Shown here: in pieces, positions 1-9,135 of the stretch
Position numbering within the stretch: the first letter of the stretch is position 1
Layout: the number at the start of each line of letters is the position of its first letter
NCBI GenBank assembly: GCA_963707025.1
Contig: CAVPOM010000010.1
Span: forward strand, 128,001 to 192,000
Source: an uncultured Verrucomicrobiae bacterium
GTDB lineage: Bacteria > Verrucomicrobiota > Verrucomicrobiia > Limisphaerales > Palsa-1400
DNA length: 64,000 nt
Direction: 5' to 3'
Program-made: the position numbers and the translations under genes
The notes under the pieces: generated by a model
The model's database searches: none
What the model was told of the DNA's origin: nothing
The model's input: only the letters and a program-made list of their open reading frames with translations

Positions 1-138
1 ATGTGGATCGCCTCTAGGGTCATCGTGCTACTCGAACAGCCTTTTCGTATCGGCTGGATAAGCAGCAAAACCAATTATTACAACATGGACATGCGCCTTT
101 CCGCGCGCCTCGCTTTGCCACGCAAAAGTTCGATGCGC
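1..138 (-). pseudogene. Downstream fragment of the MmeI-like RM gene beyond the IS3 insertion; contains an in-frame TAG; runs off the window
   Basis: Minus strand reads AHRTFAWQSEARGKAHVHVVIIGFAAYPADTKRLFE*HDDPRGDPH, continuing ...LSIHF on the other side of the IS. TAG at 28-30. Confidence 0.85.
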
Positions 139-376
139 TGAGGTGGACCCCATCCTTTAGACCACGGAGCGCATGAAATAAGCGCGACTTTTGCCGATTG
201 CTGTCATTACTAATTGTAGTTGACTACTGTTCATTCCGTGTTTCAAACCCCTTTCGAAAAGAGAGAACGAGCGATGCGGAGCACTGCCCGTCCTCCCTCT
301 CCGTTTTCTTAGGGTTCTCAACTCTACCGCCGCAGGCGGTCTGATTTCAAGCCTTTTCCTGCCGCCTGCCTCTCTG

Positions 377-1231
377 TCAAGTGCTGCGATCGCTCCTGCC
401 TCTGGCAGGTTGCATCGCTTCCCATTTGGCCGGTTGGGCTCCATGCGTGCCGGGATCAAAATACGCGTCCGCCGGCGTCGCATAGCCCAACGCCTGGTGC
501 GGTCGTTCCCGGTTGTAGCCGTCAAACCACCGGCCCAGTCCGCGCCCTGCCGCCAACCCGTCGCCATAGTCTTGCAAATAAATGTCCTCATACTTGGCGC
601 TCCGCCACAGCCGCTCGATAAACCGGTTGTCCATCCAGCGACCCCGTCCGTCCATGCTCACGTCCACCCCCGCCGATTCCACCGCATCAATAAACATCGG
701 GGAGGTGAACTGCGATCCCTGGTCGGTATTGGAAATCAACGGCGCCTGACGCCCCGCCCGCAACGCCGCCTCCCAAGCGTCCACACAAAAGTCCGCCTCC
801 AACGTGTTGCTCAAGCGCCATCCCAGCACGTAACGACTCCACCAATCCATCACCGCCACCAAATACATAAACCCAGTTGCCATAGGCACATACGTAATGT
901 CCGAACACCAAACCTGATCCGGTCCCGTCACTGCCAAATTGCGTAACAGATACGGATAAATCTGGTGCCCCATCTCCCGCAGACTCGTCTTGGGCTTGGC
1001 GTAAATCGCCTCGATCCCCATCAACCGCAGCAGCCGCACCACCCGTTTGCGATTGATGGTCAAACCCTCCCGGCGCAACAGCACGGTCAGTTTGCGGCTG
1101 CCATAAACCGGGTGGTCCAAATGCATCTGGTCCAACCGCCGCATCAGCGCCAGGTTCTCCTCTGTCTCCGGACAGCACTGGTAATAATAACTGCCACGGC
1201 ACACCGCCAGCAGCTCGCACTGGCGCCGCAC
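377..1231 (-). CDS. IS3-family transposase OrfB (DDE/integrase core)
   Basis: Motifs WCSDITY, NTDQGSQF, DNRFIERLWRS, YNRERPHQALGY. Confidence 0.93.
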   Translation of the reverse strand: MRRQCELLAVCRGSYYYQCCPETEENLALMRRLDQMHLDHPVYGSRKLTVLLRREGLTINRKRVVRLLRLMGIEAIYAKPKTSLREMGHQIYPYLLRNLAVTGPDQVWCSDITYVPMATGFMYLVAVMDWWSRYVLGWRLSNTLEADFCVDAWEAALRAGRQAPLISNTDQGSQFTSPMFIDAVESAGVDVSMDGRGRWMDNRFIERLWRSAKYEDIYLQDYGDGLAAGRGLGRWFDGYNRERPHQALGYATPADAYFDPGTHGAQPAKWEAMQPARGRSDRST

Positions 1232-1263
1232 GCTGAGCTGCGGATCGGGAGCGATTAAACATG

Positions 1264-1554
1264 TTAAAGCCCCAGTTGCCTGGACTTTTTTTTAAGCCAG
1301 TCCAAGTCCACCGTCAGTTGGCCAATCTTCTCATGCAGTTGGGCAATCAACTGTTCCTGATCCTCCGTGCGGGGTTGCCCGGGCTCAAACAATTCGGGCA
1401 TGTGATCCCGAATCGTCGCCCGCCACTGCGTGACCTGCGCCGGATGCACCGCATACTCTCGCGCCAATTGCGCGACCGTCTTCAGCCCCACCAGGGCTTC
1501 GAATCCCACTTTGGCCTTGAAGGCCGCACTGTGTCTTTTCCGTTTTGCTTTCAT
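1264..1554 (-). CDS. IS3-family transposase OrfA (HTH)
   Basis: RKRHSAAFKAKV...LAREYAVHP...IGQLTVDLDWLKKK. Confidence 0.92.
   Translation of the reverse strand: MKAKRKRHSAAFKAKVGFEALVGLKTVAQLAREYAVHPAQVTQWRATIRDHMPELFEPGQPRTEDQEQLIAQLHEKIGQLTVDLDWLKKKSRQLGL
1285..1293 (-). promoter_or_regulatory. -1 programmed frameshift slippery site (A8G) fusing OrfA to OrfB
   Basis: AAAAAAAAG at the end of orfA; the -1 frame reads KVQATGALTCLIAPDPQLSVRRQ, open into orfB. Confidence 0.85.
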
Positions 1555-1632
1555 AAGTCTGCTCTTTCTTATCTACAGCAAACCGGCAAAAATCGAAACT
1601 TACCTGTGGTCTAAAAATAGGGGTCCAGCTCA

Positions 1633-3346
1633 GTGCGAAATGAATGCTAAGGTGATACCGACAAAACACCTCATTCCAAAGAATGCTTACCTGTTCGCCT
1701 TGGGTGATTGAATTTGTTGACACAAACGCAACTTTAATTCTGGTTCCTTGAATATATTCGGCAGCCTGCTGATACCATGAGCAAACGTAATCAAGGACGC
1801 CAGCAGCTTTTGAGTGCGTGAAAATTATATCCATGTCGGCCTTTTGTTCTAGGTTTTGCTCTTTCTTGCCGACAAACGGTGGATTACCGAGAACGTAGCT
1901 GCACAGTTCAGGCCGTAAAATCTCCTTCCAGTCAAGTCGGAGCGCGTTTCCAGGAACAATCGTCGGGGACTTTTTAAGGGGCAGGCGTTGATACCATTGC
2001 CCGAAGGCTTGCGAGATTTTCACGTTCATCTGGTGATCCATCAGCCAGAGTGCAACCTCGGCAATTCGCACAGGCCATTCGAGAATCTCAATGCCGTAGA
2101 ACTGGTCCACGTTGACCTTTGACAATTTGGTGATCTCCATTTCCGTTTGCCCCCCAAAAAGTTCCTTGAGCGTTTCAAGTTCAAGTTGGCGCAGTTCCCG
2201 GTAGGCGATGACGAGGAAGTTGCCGCAGCCGCAAGCCGGGTCCAGGAACCGGAGATTGCAAAGTTTGTCTTGGAATTCCTGCAAACGCGCCCGGCGCCCG
2301 GTTGACCGGTCGGCCTTACGGTTTTCAAATTCGGCGCGGAGATCGTCCAGGAACAGCGAGCGGATGACCTTAAGGATGTCTCGTTCACTCGTATAATGCG
2401 CCCCAATCTGGCGGCGGTCCTTCGGTTGCATTACAGACTGAAAGAGCGAGCCGAAAATGGCCGGGGAGATGCGCGACCAATCCTTGCGTGTGCAAGCAAG
2501 GAGCGCGTTGCGCATGTCGGCATTGAAATCAGCAAAATGAAGCTGTTCGCTAAAAAGCTCACCGTTGACGTGGGGAAAGCAGGCCAGCGTTTCATCGAGA
2601 TTTTTCTGGCGTTTCTCAGGTTCCGTGTTCAGGACATCAAAAAGCCTCGCCAATTTTTGCCCCAGGTCTGAGCCGTCCAGCGCGGTGCGATTCTCGATGA
2701 AAAGCCGGAATGATTCAGGCTCAAAAAGCTGAGTGCATTGGGCAAACAGGCAAAACAGGATGCGGACGAGGAATCGTTCAAGTTCATGGCCGCTGTAGCC
2801 GCCAGCCTTAAGCGCGTCGTGAAGGTTGCCCATGATTTCGACCGCCTCAATGTTGATCGGGTCTTGCTCGTGAAAGGTGTGCTGCTGGTAGCCAGCGATG
2901 AAGGCGAAATCGCTGATGTGGAGATAAAGTTCGGAAAGCGGAAATTCATGCGTCGCCCCGCGCTTTTCATTCGCATCCAGGTCGTGCAAGGCGATCCGCG
3001 CAAAATCAGACACGATGATATAATGGGGCAATTCAATGTCAGGGTTTTCATCAGCAAGCTCACGGATATAACCGAGCGCCTGTGTTTCGGCTTTGCTCAA
3101 ATCCTTTCCAAACGATTTATGTTCAACGAGCAGCTTGCCCGGCCAGAGGAGGTCAATGTAGCCATAATCGCCAGCCTTTTTCTTGACTGGCACTTCACAG
3201 GCGGCGACACGGCGGCGCTGGATTCCGAAGACCTGAAAGAAAGCGTTCCAAAACGTCTGTGATTCGGCGGTTTCACTTTTGACGCCCGTCCAATCTTTTG
3301 AAAAGGCAATGGCGTTGTGGCGGATTTCGTTCCAACTGATCGGCAT
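1633..3346 (-). pseudogene. MmeI-like (type IIL) fused restriction endonuclease/N6-adenine methyltransferase, interrupted by IS3
   Basis: MPISWNEIR...ESQTFW, IDLLWPGKLLVEHKS (PD-ExK nuclease), GAHYT, LDPACGCGNF, GNPPF. The ORF-track extension to 1385 is read-through into the IS. Confidence 0.9.
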
Positions 3347-3353
3347 GGGTCAG

Positions 3354-3418
3354 GATTCTGCCCCGAAGAATCGGGCCGTCAAGATTTCTGTTGACGGCCT
3401 TTGCTCGTTTGCTAGAAG
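3354..3418. promoter_or_regulatory. Back-to-back sigma70-like promoters whose -35 boxes form a palindrome
   Basis: GGCCGTCAA-N8-TTGACGGCC (3374-3399). Minus: TTGACG-N16-CAGAAT-N7-ATG of the RM gene. Plus: TTGACG-N16-TAGAAG. Confidence 0.5.
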
Positions 3419-3423
3419 CGCGG

Positions 3424-3541
3424 CAACGGTGTCGAAACCGTTGAGAAATAGCGGGGACATTGATTTGCGACCCGTCATAGCTGGCCACCCGGCCACCGCT
3501 GCCCGCAGCGAGTTTCGACAGCTAGGACGGGTCCATTTTTT
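3424..3541 (+). ncRNA. Putative structured leader/antisense RNA with alternative pairings
   Basis: Hairpin CAACGGT-GTCGAA-ACCGTTG; TGTCGAAAC complementary to GTTTCGACA (3512-3520); stem ACCCGTCATAGCT/AGCTAGGACGGGT followed by T6. Confidence 0.45.
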
Positions 3542-3667
3542 ATGAACAGAAGAGTAATGGGCGCAACGCGGAGCCGAACGCGAAAGCGCCCGAAAAAATA
3601 AAAAGCACGGCCCGCTTGGTGATTCTTTGTCAAGACGCCAAGCGGGCCGGAGGCAAAACAGCAAGTT

Positions 3668-3741
3668 GCCAGTGTGGCGAAACGGCAAACGCAACCGCCT
3701 GTCGCGCGGTATTATTGCGGGTTCAAATCCCGCCACTGGCA
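3668..3741 (+). tRNA. Atypical tRNA or tRNA-like gene, anticodon GTC (nominally Asp), no encoded CCA
   Basis: Cloverleaf: acceptor GCCAGTG/CACTGGC plus A73; D arm GCG-AAACGGCAAA-CGC; anticodon arm ACCGC-CTGTCGC-GCGGT; T arm GCGGG-TTCAAAT-CCCGC. Confidence 0.8.
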
Positions 3742-3847
3742 CTTGAACCGTTGCGAGGCTCGCACGGAAAATGTCGAAAGTCAAAGATTTTTTGGTGTGA
3801 AAATCCACGCCCAAAAAGCAGCAGTAAAACTATTTTCAAATAATTAC

Positions 3848-3876
3848 TTGACAGAAGAACAAATTTAGTGTAATCT
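3848..3876 (+). promoter_or_regulatory. Sigma70-like promoter of the IS1595 transposase, near-leaderless
   Basis: TTGACA-N17-TAATCT, 9 nt before ATG 3886; no SD. Confidence 0.6.
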
Positions 3877-3885
3877 ACTACCAGA

Positions 3886-4807
3886 ATGAAAAACATATTG
3901 GATTTCAAAACGCTGATGGAGTTCACGGATTATTTCAAGGACGAGGCGACCTGCGTGGCGCACTTCACGGCCACGCGGTTCCGCAACGGGGAGTATTGCC
4001 CGCACTGCCACACCACCAAGATTTACAAATGCGCCGGCGGCAAGCGGTATCACTGTGCCAGTTGCAAGCAGGATTTCACCATCCGCACCAAGACGGTTTT
4101 CGGGGAGTCCAAGCTGCCGCTCCGCAAGTGGTACATGGCGGTTTATCTTCTTTCCACCACGAGCAAGGGCATATCGAGTTTGCAACTGGCAAAGCACGTC
4201 GGCGTCACGCAAAAGACGGCGTGGTTTATGGACCACCGATTGCGCTCGGCAATGAAACAGGACGGCGGGCAGATTTTTGGGACGGTCGAGGCGGATGAAA
4301 CCTACGTGGGCGGGGCCGTCCGCAACATGCACAAGTGGAAGGTGGACAGGTCGAAAGTGGGGACGGGCGGGAAGGGCAAGGCGATAGTTTTCGGGATGAA
4401 GCAGAGGGGCGGTCAGGTGCGGGCCAGGCTGATAGCGAACAACGGCTCCGAGCAACTCCATCCGGCCATTCAGGCGACCGTTGCCCCCGGTTCGGGTACT
4501 TTACACGGACGAACACCGGGGCTACAATGGTTTGGAAGGTTACAGCCGGACGGTGGTGAACCACAGCGTCAGGGAGTACGTGAACGGGATGGCCCACACG
4601 AACGGGATTGAGTCGTTCTGGGCGCTGTTCAAGAGGTGCTACCACGGCGTTTATCACTGGATGAGCCGGAAGCACCTTCAAAAGTACATTGACGAAGCGG
4701 CTTACCGGCTCAATCGCCGGGGCCAGGACATGAACATGGTGTTCGGGGAAGTTGTGGAACGAACAACAGATGGCGCGAAACTGCCGTATAAGAAGCTGAT
4801 CGAATGA
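3886..4807 (+). pseudogene. IS1595-family transposase (Zn ribbon + ISXO2-like DDE), +1 frameshift at ~4495
   Basis: CPHC...CASC, TQKTAWFM, VEADETY in ORF 3886-4611; LYTDE, HTNGIESFW, HLQKYIDE in ORF 4481-4807. Removing one G from 4494-4496 joins them (PGSVLYTDEH). Confidence 0.92.
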
Positions 4808-4968
4808 GCCGACCGCAGAAAATAATGCCGCCCCTCAAAGGCACGTTCACGGAGATCGTCACCGCTGTGGCCGATGGGAAGGGCTTCAAAAAGGCGAAGC
4901 CGAAGCTCATGGCGAACGAGCGCGCCACTGCGACGACGCCGAAACCGCCGCTGAAAAAAGGAACTTGA
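4804..4968 (+). CDS. Small basic protein (54 aa) coupled to the transposase stop
   Basis: ATGA overlap; MSRPQKIMPPLKGTFTEIVTAVADGKG...KKGT*; below the ORF-track cutoff. Confidence 0.5.
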   Translation: MSRPQKIMPPLKGTFTEIVTAVADGKGFKKAKPKLMANERATATTPKPPLKKGT

Positions 4969-5001
4969 CGCCACCGGCATGTTTGGTGGAATCCAGGAAC
5001 T

Positions 5002-5229
5002 ATGAGCAAATTCAATCGTTCTCCAAAAGCTGACAGAACCGGCGGAATTGCCTGCAATTTGGCCCTTGGTGACATTACCATTTTAGACGTGAGGAATCAC
5101 GACTATGTGGTCATGGTTCGCAAAGGGACAGGTTCCAAGGAATGCCGAAGAACATTAGACGAGTTGAAGGCGAGGTATCAAGGCAGGAAACGGCGTTTGC
5201 CTGGCGTGGCTACGGTTGCGCCGCCTTGA
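5002..5229 (+). CDS. Hypothetical small protein
   Basis: AGGA 4 nt before ATG; 75 aa. Confidence 0.35.
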   Translation: MSKFNRSPKADRTGGIACNLALGDITILDVRNHDYVVMVRKGTGSKECRRTLDELKARYQGRKRRLPGVATVAPP

Positions 5230-5384
5230 TGTTCTCGAATACCATCCACAGAGTCCTCCTTAAAGAACTGGACTTCTTTGCCGTCAGCGGTTTGAAACGT
5301 GTATTGGCCGTTGTCGTGGACATATCCTTCGGCATTGACCGGAACTTCTTTTCCATTCTTGAGATGAACGTAAAATAATTTCAT
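5178..5384 (-). CDS. Hypothetical small protein (68 aa)
   Basis: MKLFYVHLKNGKEVPVNAEGYVHDNGQYTFQ...; protein-like composition. Confidence 0.5.
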   Translation of the reverse strand: MKLFYVHLKNGKEVPVNAEGYVHDNGQYTFQTADGKEVQFFKEDSVDGIREHQGGATVATPGKRRFLP

Positions 5385-5480
5385 AATTCGTTGCTTCCGA
5401 CGCATGGAATCGAAAGTCCGGCAGGCGCGGATGTCAAGCGTCGAAGCCGCCGTGGCGGCCATCGCGGCGGGGACGGTTCA

Positions 5481-5503
5481 CTGTAACATTATATATAAAT
5501 CCC
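5481..5503. mobile_element. Putative right end of the IS1595-family element
   Basis: CTGTAACATTATATATAAATCCC resembles AT-rich ...TATATAA.TCCC termini I associate with IS1595-family elements; no partner repeat found in the window. Confidence 0.45.
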
Positions 5504-5924
5504 TTGATTAGGCTTGATTGACCTTGTTGGAAATCGTGATGGAAATGGCCCCATTTTTGTCGTAAATTGTTCATGGAAAGGCACTTGAGACGATTTTTTG
5601 CAAAAAAGCTCATCCGTCGTCGCTTCGCAGTTGCGTGACCAGGGAGTGGTGGGCATGGTCAAGGTTGAAAACATGGTTTGACTGGGTGTGACCGGTTTGA
5701 CCGGCTGGGCGCAAATGCATCCTCCTCCGCAGGGCCTGCCGAGGACAGGAAATGCAAAATGCAAAATGGGAAGCAGGGCGGGAGCGATGAGGTTTTCATG
5801 GGTGCGGCAAATTGGGGCAGCACGGTTGCTTTGGGGACAGGATGAACGGGAGGCACAGGATTTTGAGCGTTGCAACCTGCGCGGTCCCGGCAGGGCCGGG
5901 ATTGGACATGGAACTTCTGACGCT

Positions 5925-6010
5925 TTGGCGTGTGCCGACGGGTCGGCGCCGCTTTGCTCTCCGGGAATCGTTCCCAATCCAAAAGCGGGAGCAAGCTCCC
6001 GCACTCCATA
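5925..6010. repeat. REP-like palindromic doublet
   Basis: GCCGACGGGTCGGC and GCGGGAGCAAGCTCCCGCACTCC hairpins in inverted arrangement. Confidence 0.55.
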
Positions 6011-6106
6011 GACACCGCCCTCTTCACTATGCCAAATTAGCATTTAACCCAGGTGTTGTCAATGGGAAAAGGAAGGAAAAAGAAGGGGGGTTGAACCGGA
6101 GCAGCC

Positions 6107-6298
6107 GGAGTGATGGAGTGATGGAGTGATGGAGTGATGGAGTGATGGAGTGATGGAGTGATGGAGTGATGGAGTGATGGAGTGATGGAGTGATGGAGTG
6201 ATGGAGTGATGGAGTGATGGAGTGATGGAGTGATGGAGTGATGGAGTGATGGAGTGATGGAGTGATGGAGTGATGGAGCGATGGAGTGCTGGAGTGAT
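6107..6298 (+). repeat. Tandem octamer (GGAGTGAT) x24
   Basis: Direct count; units 22-23 vary (GGAGCGAT, GGAGTGCT). Confidence 0.97.
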
Positions 6299-6512
6299 GG
6301 GGATGCTGATCGAGCCGTTTCGGGCCGTTTACAACTCATTGATTCGGAGGATATTCAACTTTCAACGGGGCAAAGCCATTGTTTGACACCGTTCACGCGA
6401 CGCCTTTCACGAGCGATCCAATTTGACCATTGATTATCGTAACGTCGCCATTGAATTTATCAAATAGGGTCACTCTCTGGCGGGGGTTATATTTGGAACC
6501 ATGAAAACAAGA

Positions 6513-7962
6513 CACACCCGTCTCATAAGGGGAAAAGTCTGGTGCTGACCTGTTCATTTGCAAGGGTTTAATTGGTCTTCGGGGTAAAATGAGATTTTGA
6601 TTTTTCCGAGTTTGGCTTTTGGGTGTGGTATGCGCCTGTTTGGGCGCGTGTGCTGTCCCATAGCTTTATTGGAAGCCGGGGAAATACGCCTGCTCGGGCC
6701 GCGCCAAGTGGCGAAAGCTGCCGCCTGCTGTCCCATAGCACGCCAGCAAATTGAGCAGATCATATTTCTCCCAGAGCGCCGCCCGCAAAATCGTGAACAG
6801 CCGGGTGAAGCTGTGCGCCCAGTTGGAGAGGTGACTGAGGTAGCGCAACAGCACGTAGGTCAACAGCGCCGTCCACACCTGCCAGCGCACGGCGTTGGCG
6901 TTGTGGCCCAGAAAATCCGCCAACTGCAAGGTCTGCTTGATTTGTTTGAAGAAGACTTCGATCTGCCAGCGGCAGCGGTAAAGGTCGGCCACGCTGCGCG
7001 GACTCCACTCCAGGTTGTTGGTCAGGAAGGTCATTTCCCGTTCCTCTCCATCAATCTCGACCAGCGCCACCACCCGGCGCATCAACTCCGGCGCGGGTTT
7101 GTTCTCGTTGCTCAGGACGATCACTTCGTCGCGCAAAATCTTCGGGTCTCTGGAGGCGGGCATTTTCCGCACCACCTCATAGCCCATGTTCTCCTTGGCC
7201 CGCGTCACCCAAAAGACCCCGCGCCCGTCCAAATCCCGCAAGTGGCCGAAGTCCACATAACCCTTGTCGAACAAGGCGATTTCGCCGCTCTTCAAGTCGG
7301 CGCACAGTTCCCGCGCCCGTCGGTTGTCGTGCTCGGCGGCAGTGTCCACAATGACAAAACCGGGCAAAAGATTCTGCAGATTCAACCGCATATGGGTTTT
7401 GGCGGCGGCCTTGCGCCGGCGGTGCTTGGCCCAGTCCAGGCAGTTGGCCACCAGTTCCATGGTCGTGCTATCAATCACATGGATGGGCATCTTGAAACGG
7501 AAGGCGGGGCCACGGCGCTGGCCCGCGGCAAAGCCGGGCGTCTGTGCTTTCAAATGCTCCAGGACCCGCCAGAAGAGTTGTTCGGCCATCTGGGCCGGAC
7601 GCTCCCGGTTGGCGTGGGAGAGGCCGTTGCGGCTGGGGGCGCTGGCGCCGCGCAAAGTGGACAGCGGCCCGGAATGCAATTGCAGCGAGTCGCACAGATC
7701 GTTGAGTCCGATGCAATGGGTGAGTTGCGCGTCCAGCAAACTGACCGTGTGACTCCACGGACTGAAGGTGCGCGACTTATCCAGAGCCCGGTCTCCCGCG
7801 CTATTTTGGAGACTTCATGCGCAGGAATGAGATTGCAAATCTGGCGCAAAACGTTAAACCGGGACCGTGTTGGTTTGATTTTTTTGTTTTTCATGCCTGC
7901 CTTGTGGCAGGTTCAAATGGTCAAGCCAACACTTTTTTCCAATTTCCTGTGGGATGGCTGTG
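6513..7962 (-). mobile_element. IS4-family element copy 1 (1450 bp), transposase frameshifted
   Basis: Same ends as copies 2 and 3; 9-bp duplication AAAACAAGA; 1-bp deletion in the run at ~7787-7789 splits the transposase (6666-7894). Confidence 0.93.
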
Positions 7963-8010
7963 AAAACAAGATGTAATTCACTCGGCTATTTAGCTACCCC
8001 CCAAGAATGT

Positions 8011-8250
8011 ATGAAACCAGCGACATTTATTATCATGGCCATTCTGTGTCTGAATTTGTGCGGATGCATGAGTACCGCTGCGGTGCAAAAAGCAAGGGGT
8101 TATCCGGCGGAAAACAAGGGCGGAGACGTGGTTCCAACCGAACAACCCAAACCCCAGTATTATGCGCTTTTACCGCTGGCCGTGCCTGTGGATATTGCGT
8201 TTGCTCCCTTTATGCTGCCCCTGGTTTTCATGATGCGAAATGTTCATTGA
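8011..8250 (+). CDS. Small putative lipoprotein
   Basis: MKPATFIIMAILCLNLCGC lipobox-like signal; hydrophobic C-terminus YALLPLAVPVDIAFAPF. Confidence 0.6.
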   Translation: MKPATFIIMAILCLNLCGCMSTAAVQKARGYPAENKGGDVVPTEQPKPQYYALLPLAVPVDIAFAPFMLPLVFMMRNVH

Positions 8251-8258
8251 ATATAATC

Positions 8259-8452
8259 TCGTCACCCCCGCCTTCGCTGGGCCTTCGGCGGCTAGGCCGG
8301 CCCTCCAGGCGAGGGTGAAACCTCCGCCGCCCTCCCGAAAGGCCGGAGCCGGGATTTGCCGGACGCCCACCCACTCAAGCCGGGACGGACGATGTCTGTT
8401 CCTTCTCCCAGGGGGAGAAGGCCAGGATGAGGGCGAGCCGCGAGAAATTTTT
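8259..8452. repeat. Palindromic repeat related to the 17.3-18.1 kb array
   Basis: Shares CCGCCTTCGC.GGGCCT, GGAGCCGGGATTTGCCGGACGC and TTCCTTCTCCCAGGGGGAGAAGG..AGGATGAGGGCG. Confidence 0.8.
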
Positions 8453-8675
8453 CCTCACACCTGCACCGGCTTGTTTGACACGTTTCATGTGATTGACTTT
8501 GGGTGCTGGCGGCGACATCTTCAGGGTTGAATGAAATGGGACCCATCAGAACTCATCGCATTCCCGGCTGAACAGGGTGCCGTCATCGCGCTCCGCGCCG
8601 GGCGCAGGGGAGGCCGCGTCGGCCAGGCGTTTATGCGTGTCCCGTAATTCACAACCCTTGACAACTCCACACCTT

Positions 8676-9110
8676 ATGAAACACATCCTCTGCATCGGCC
8701 TCACTATTGCCGCGGCGCTGACCGCGTTCACCGCCTGCTCGCCCGGCGATGCCAAAACCGTTCAGGGAAGTTGGAAGCCCGTCAAGGCCGAGCTGGCCGG
8801 ACAACCCATGCCCGACACTGTGTTGCAGAGCATCAGCCTCAAACTCGACAACGGCAACTATGAAGTCGTCGCCGCAGGCCAACCCGACAAGGGCACCTAC
8901 ACGCTCGATTCCGCCGCCAAGCCAAAGGGCATGACCATTACCGGCACGGGCGGACCGAACAGCGGCAAGACTTTCCCCGCGATCTACGAACTCAATGGCG
9001 ATGAACTGCGCATTTGCTACGACCTTTCCGGCGCGAAACGCCCCACCGAATTCAAGAGCACGGCGGGGACGCAGCTCTATCTGGTGACCTACAATCGCCA
9101 GAAGGAGTAA
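8676..9110 (+). CDS. TIGR03067-domain lipoprotein
   Basis: Signal ...AFTAC; QGSWKPVKAELAG, AIYELNGDELRICYD, RPTEFKS. Confidence 0.8.
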   Translation: MKHILCIGLTIAAALTAFTACSPGDAKTVQGSWKPVKAELAGQPMPDTVLQSISLKLDNGNYEVVAAGQPDKGTYTLDSAAKPKGMTITGTGGPNSGKTFPAIYELNGDELRICYDLSGAKRPTEFKSTAGTQLYLVTYNRQKE

Positions 9111-9135
9111 GAAGATACCTGCAACTCTAAATCAA

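Larger units (their letters stand above)
139..1632 (-). mobile_element. IS3-family insertion sequence (~1.49 kb)
   Basis: TG...CA ends with imperfect 27-bp inverted repeats TGAGGTGGACCCCATCCTTTAGACCAC / TGAGCTGGACCCCTATTTTTAGACCAC; orfA+orfB; imperfect 4-bp target duplication (GCAC/GCGC on the minus strand). Confidence 0.93.

Noticed and set aside
3668..3741. tRNA as an integrase attachment site
   Set aside because: No integrase and no duplicated tRNA 3' end in the window.
6107..6298. CRISPR array, or the 100-aa SLHHSITP ORF
   Set aside because: No spacers; the ORF is a by-product of the octamer repeat.
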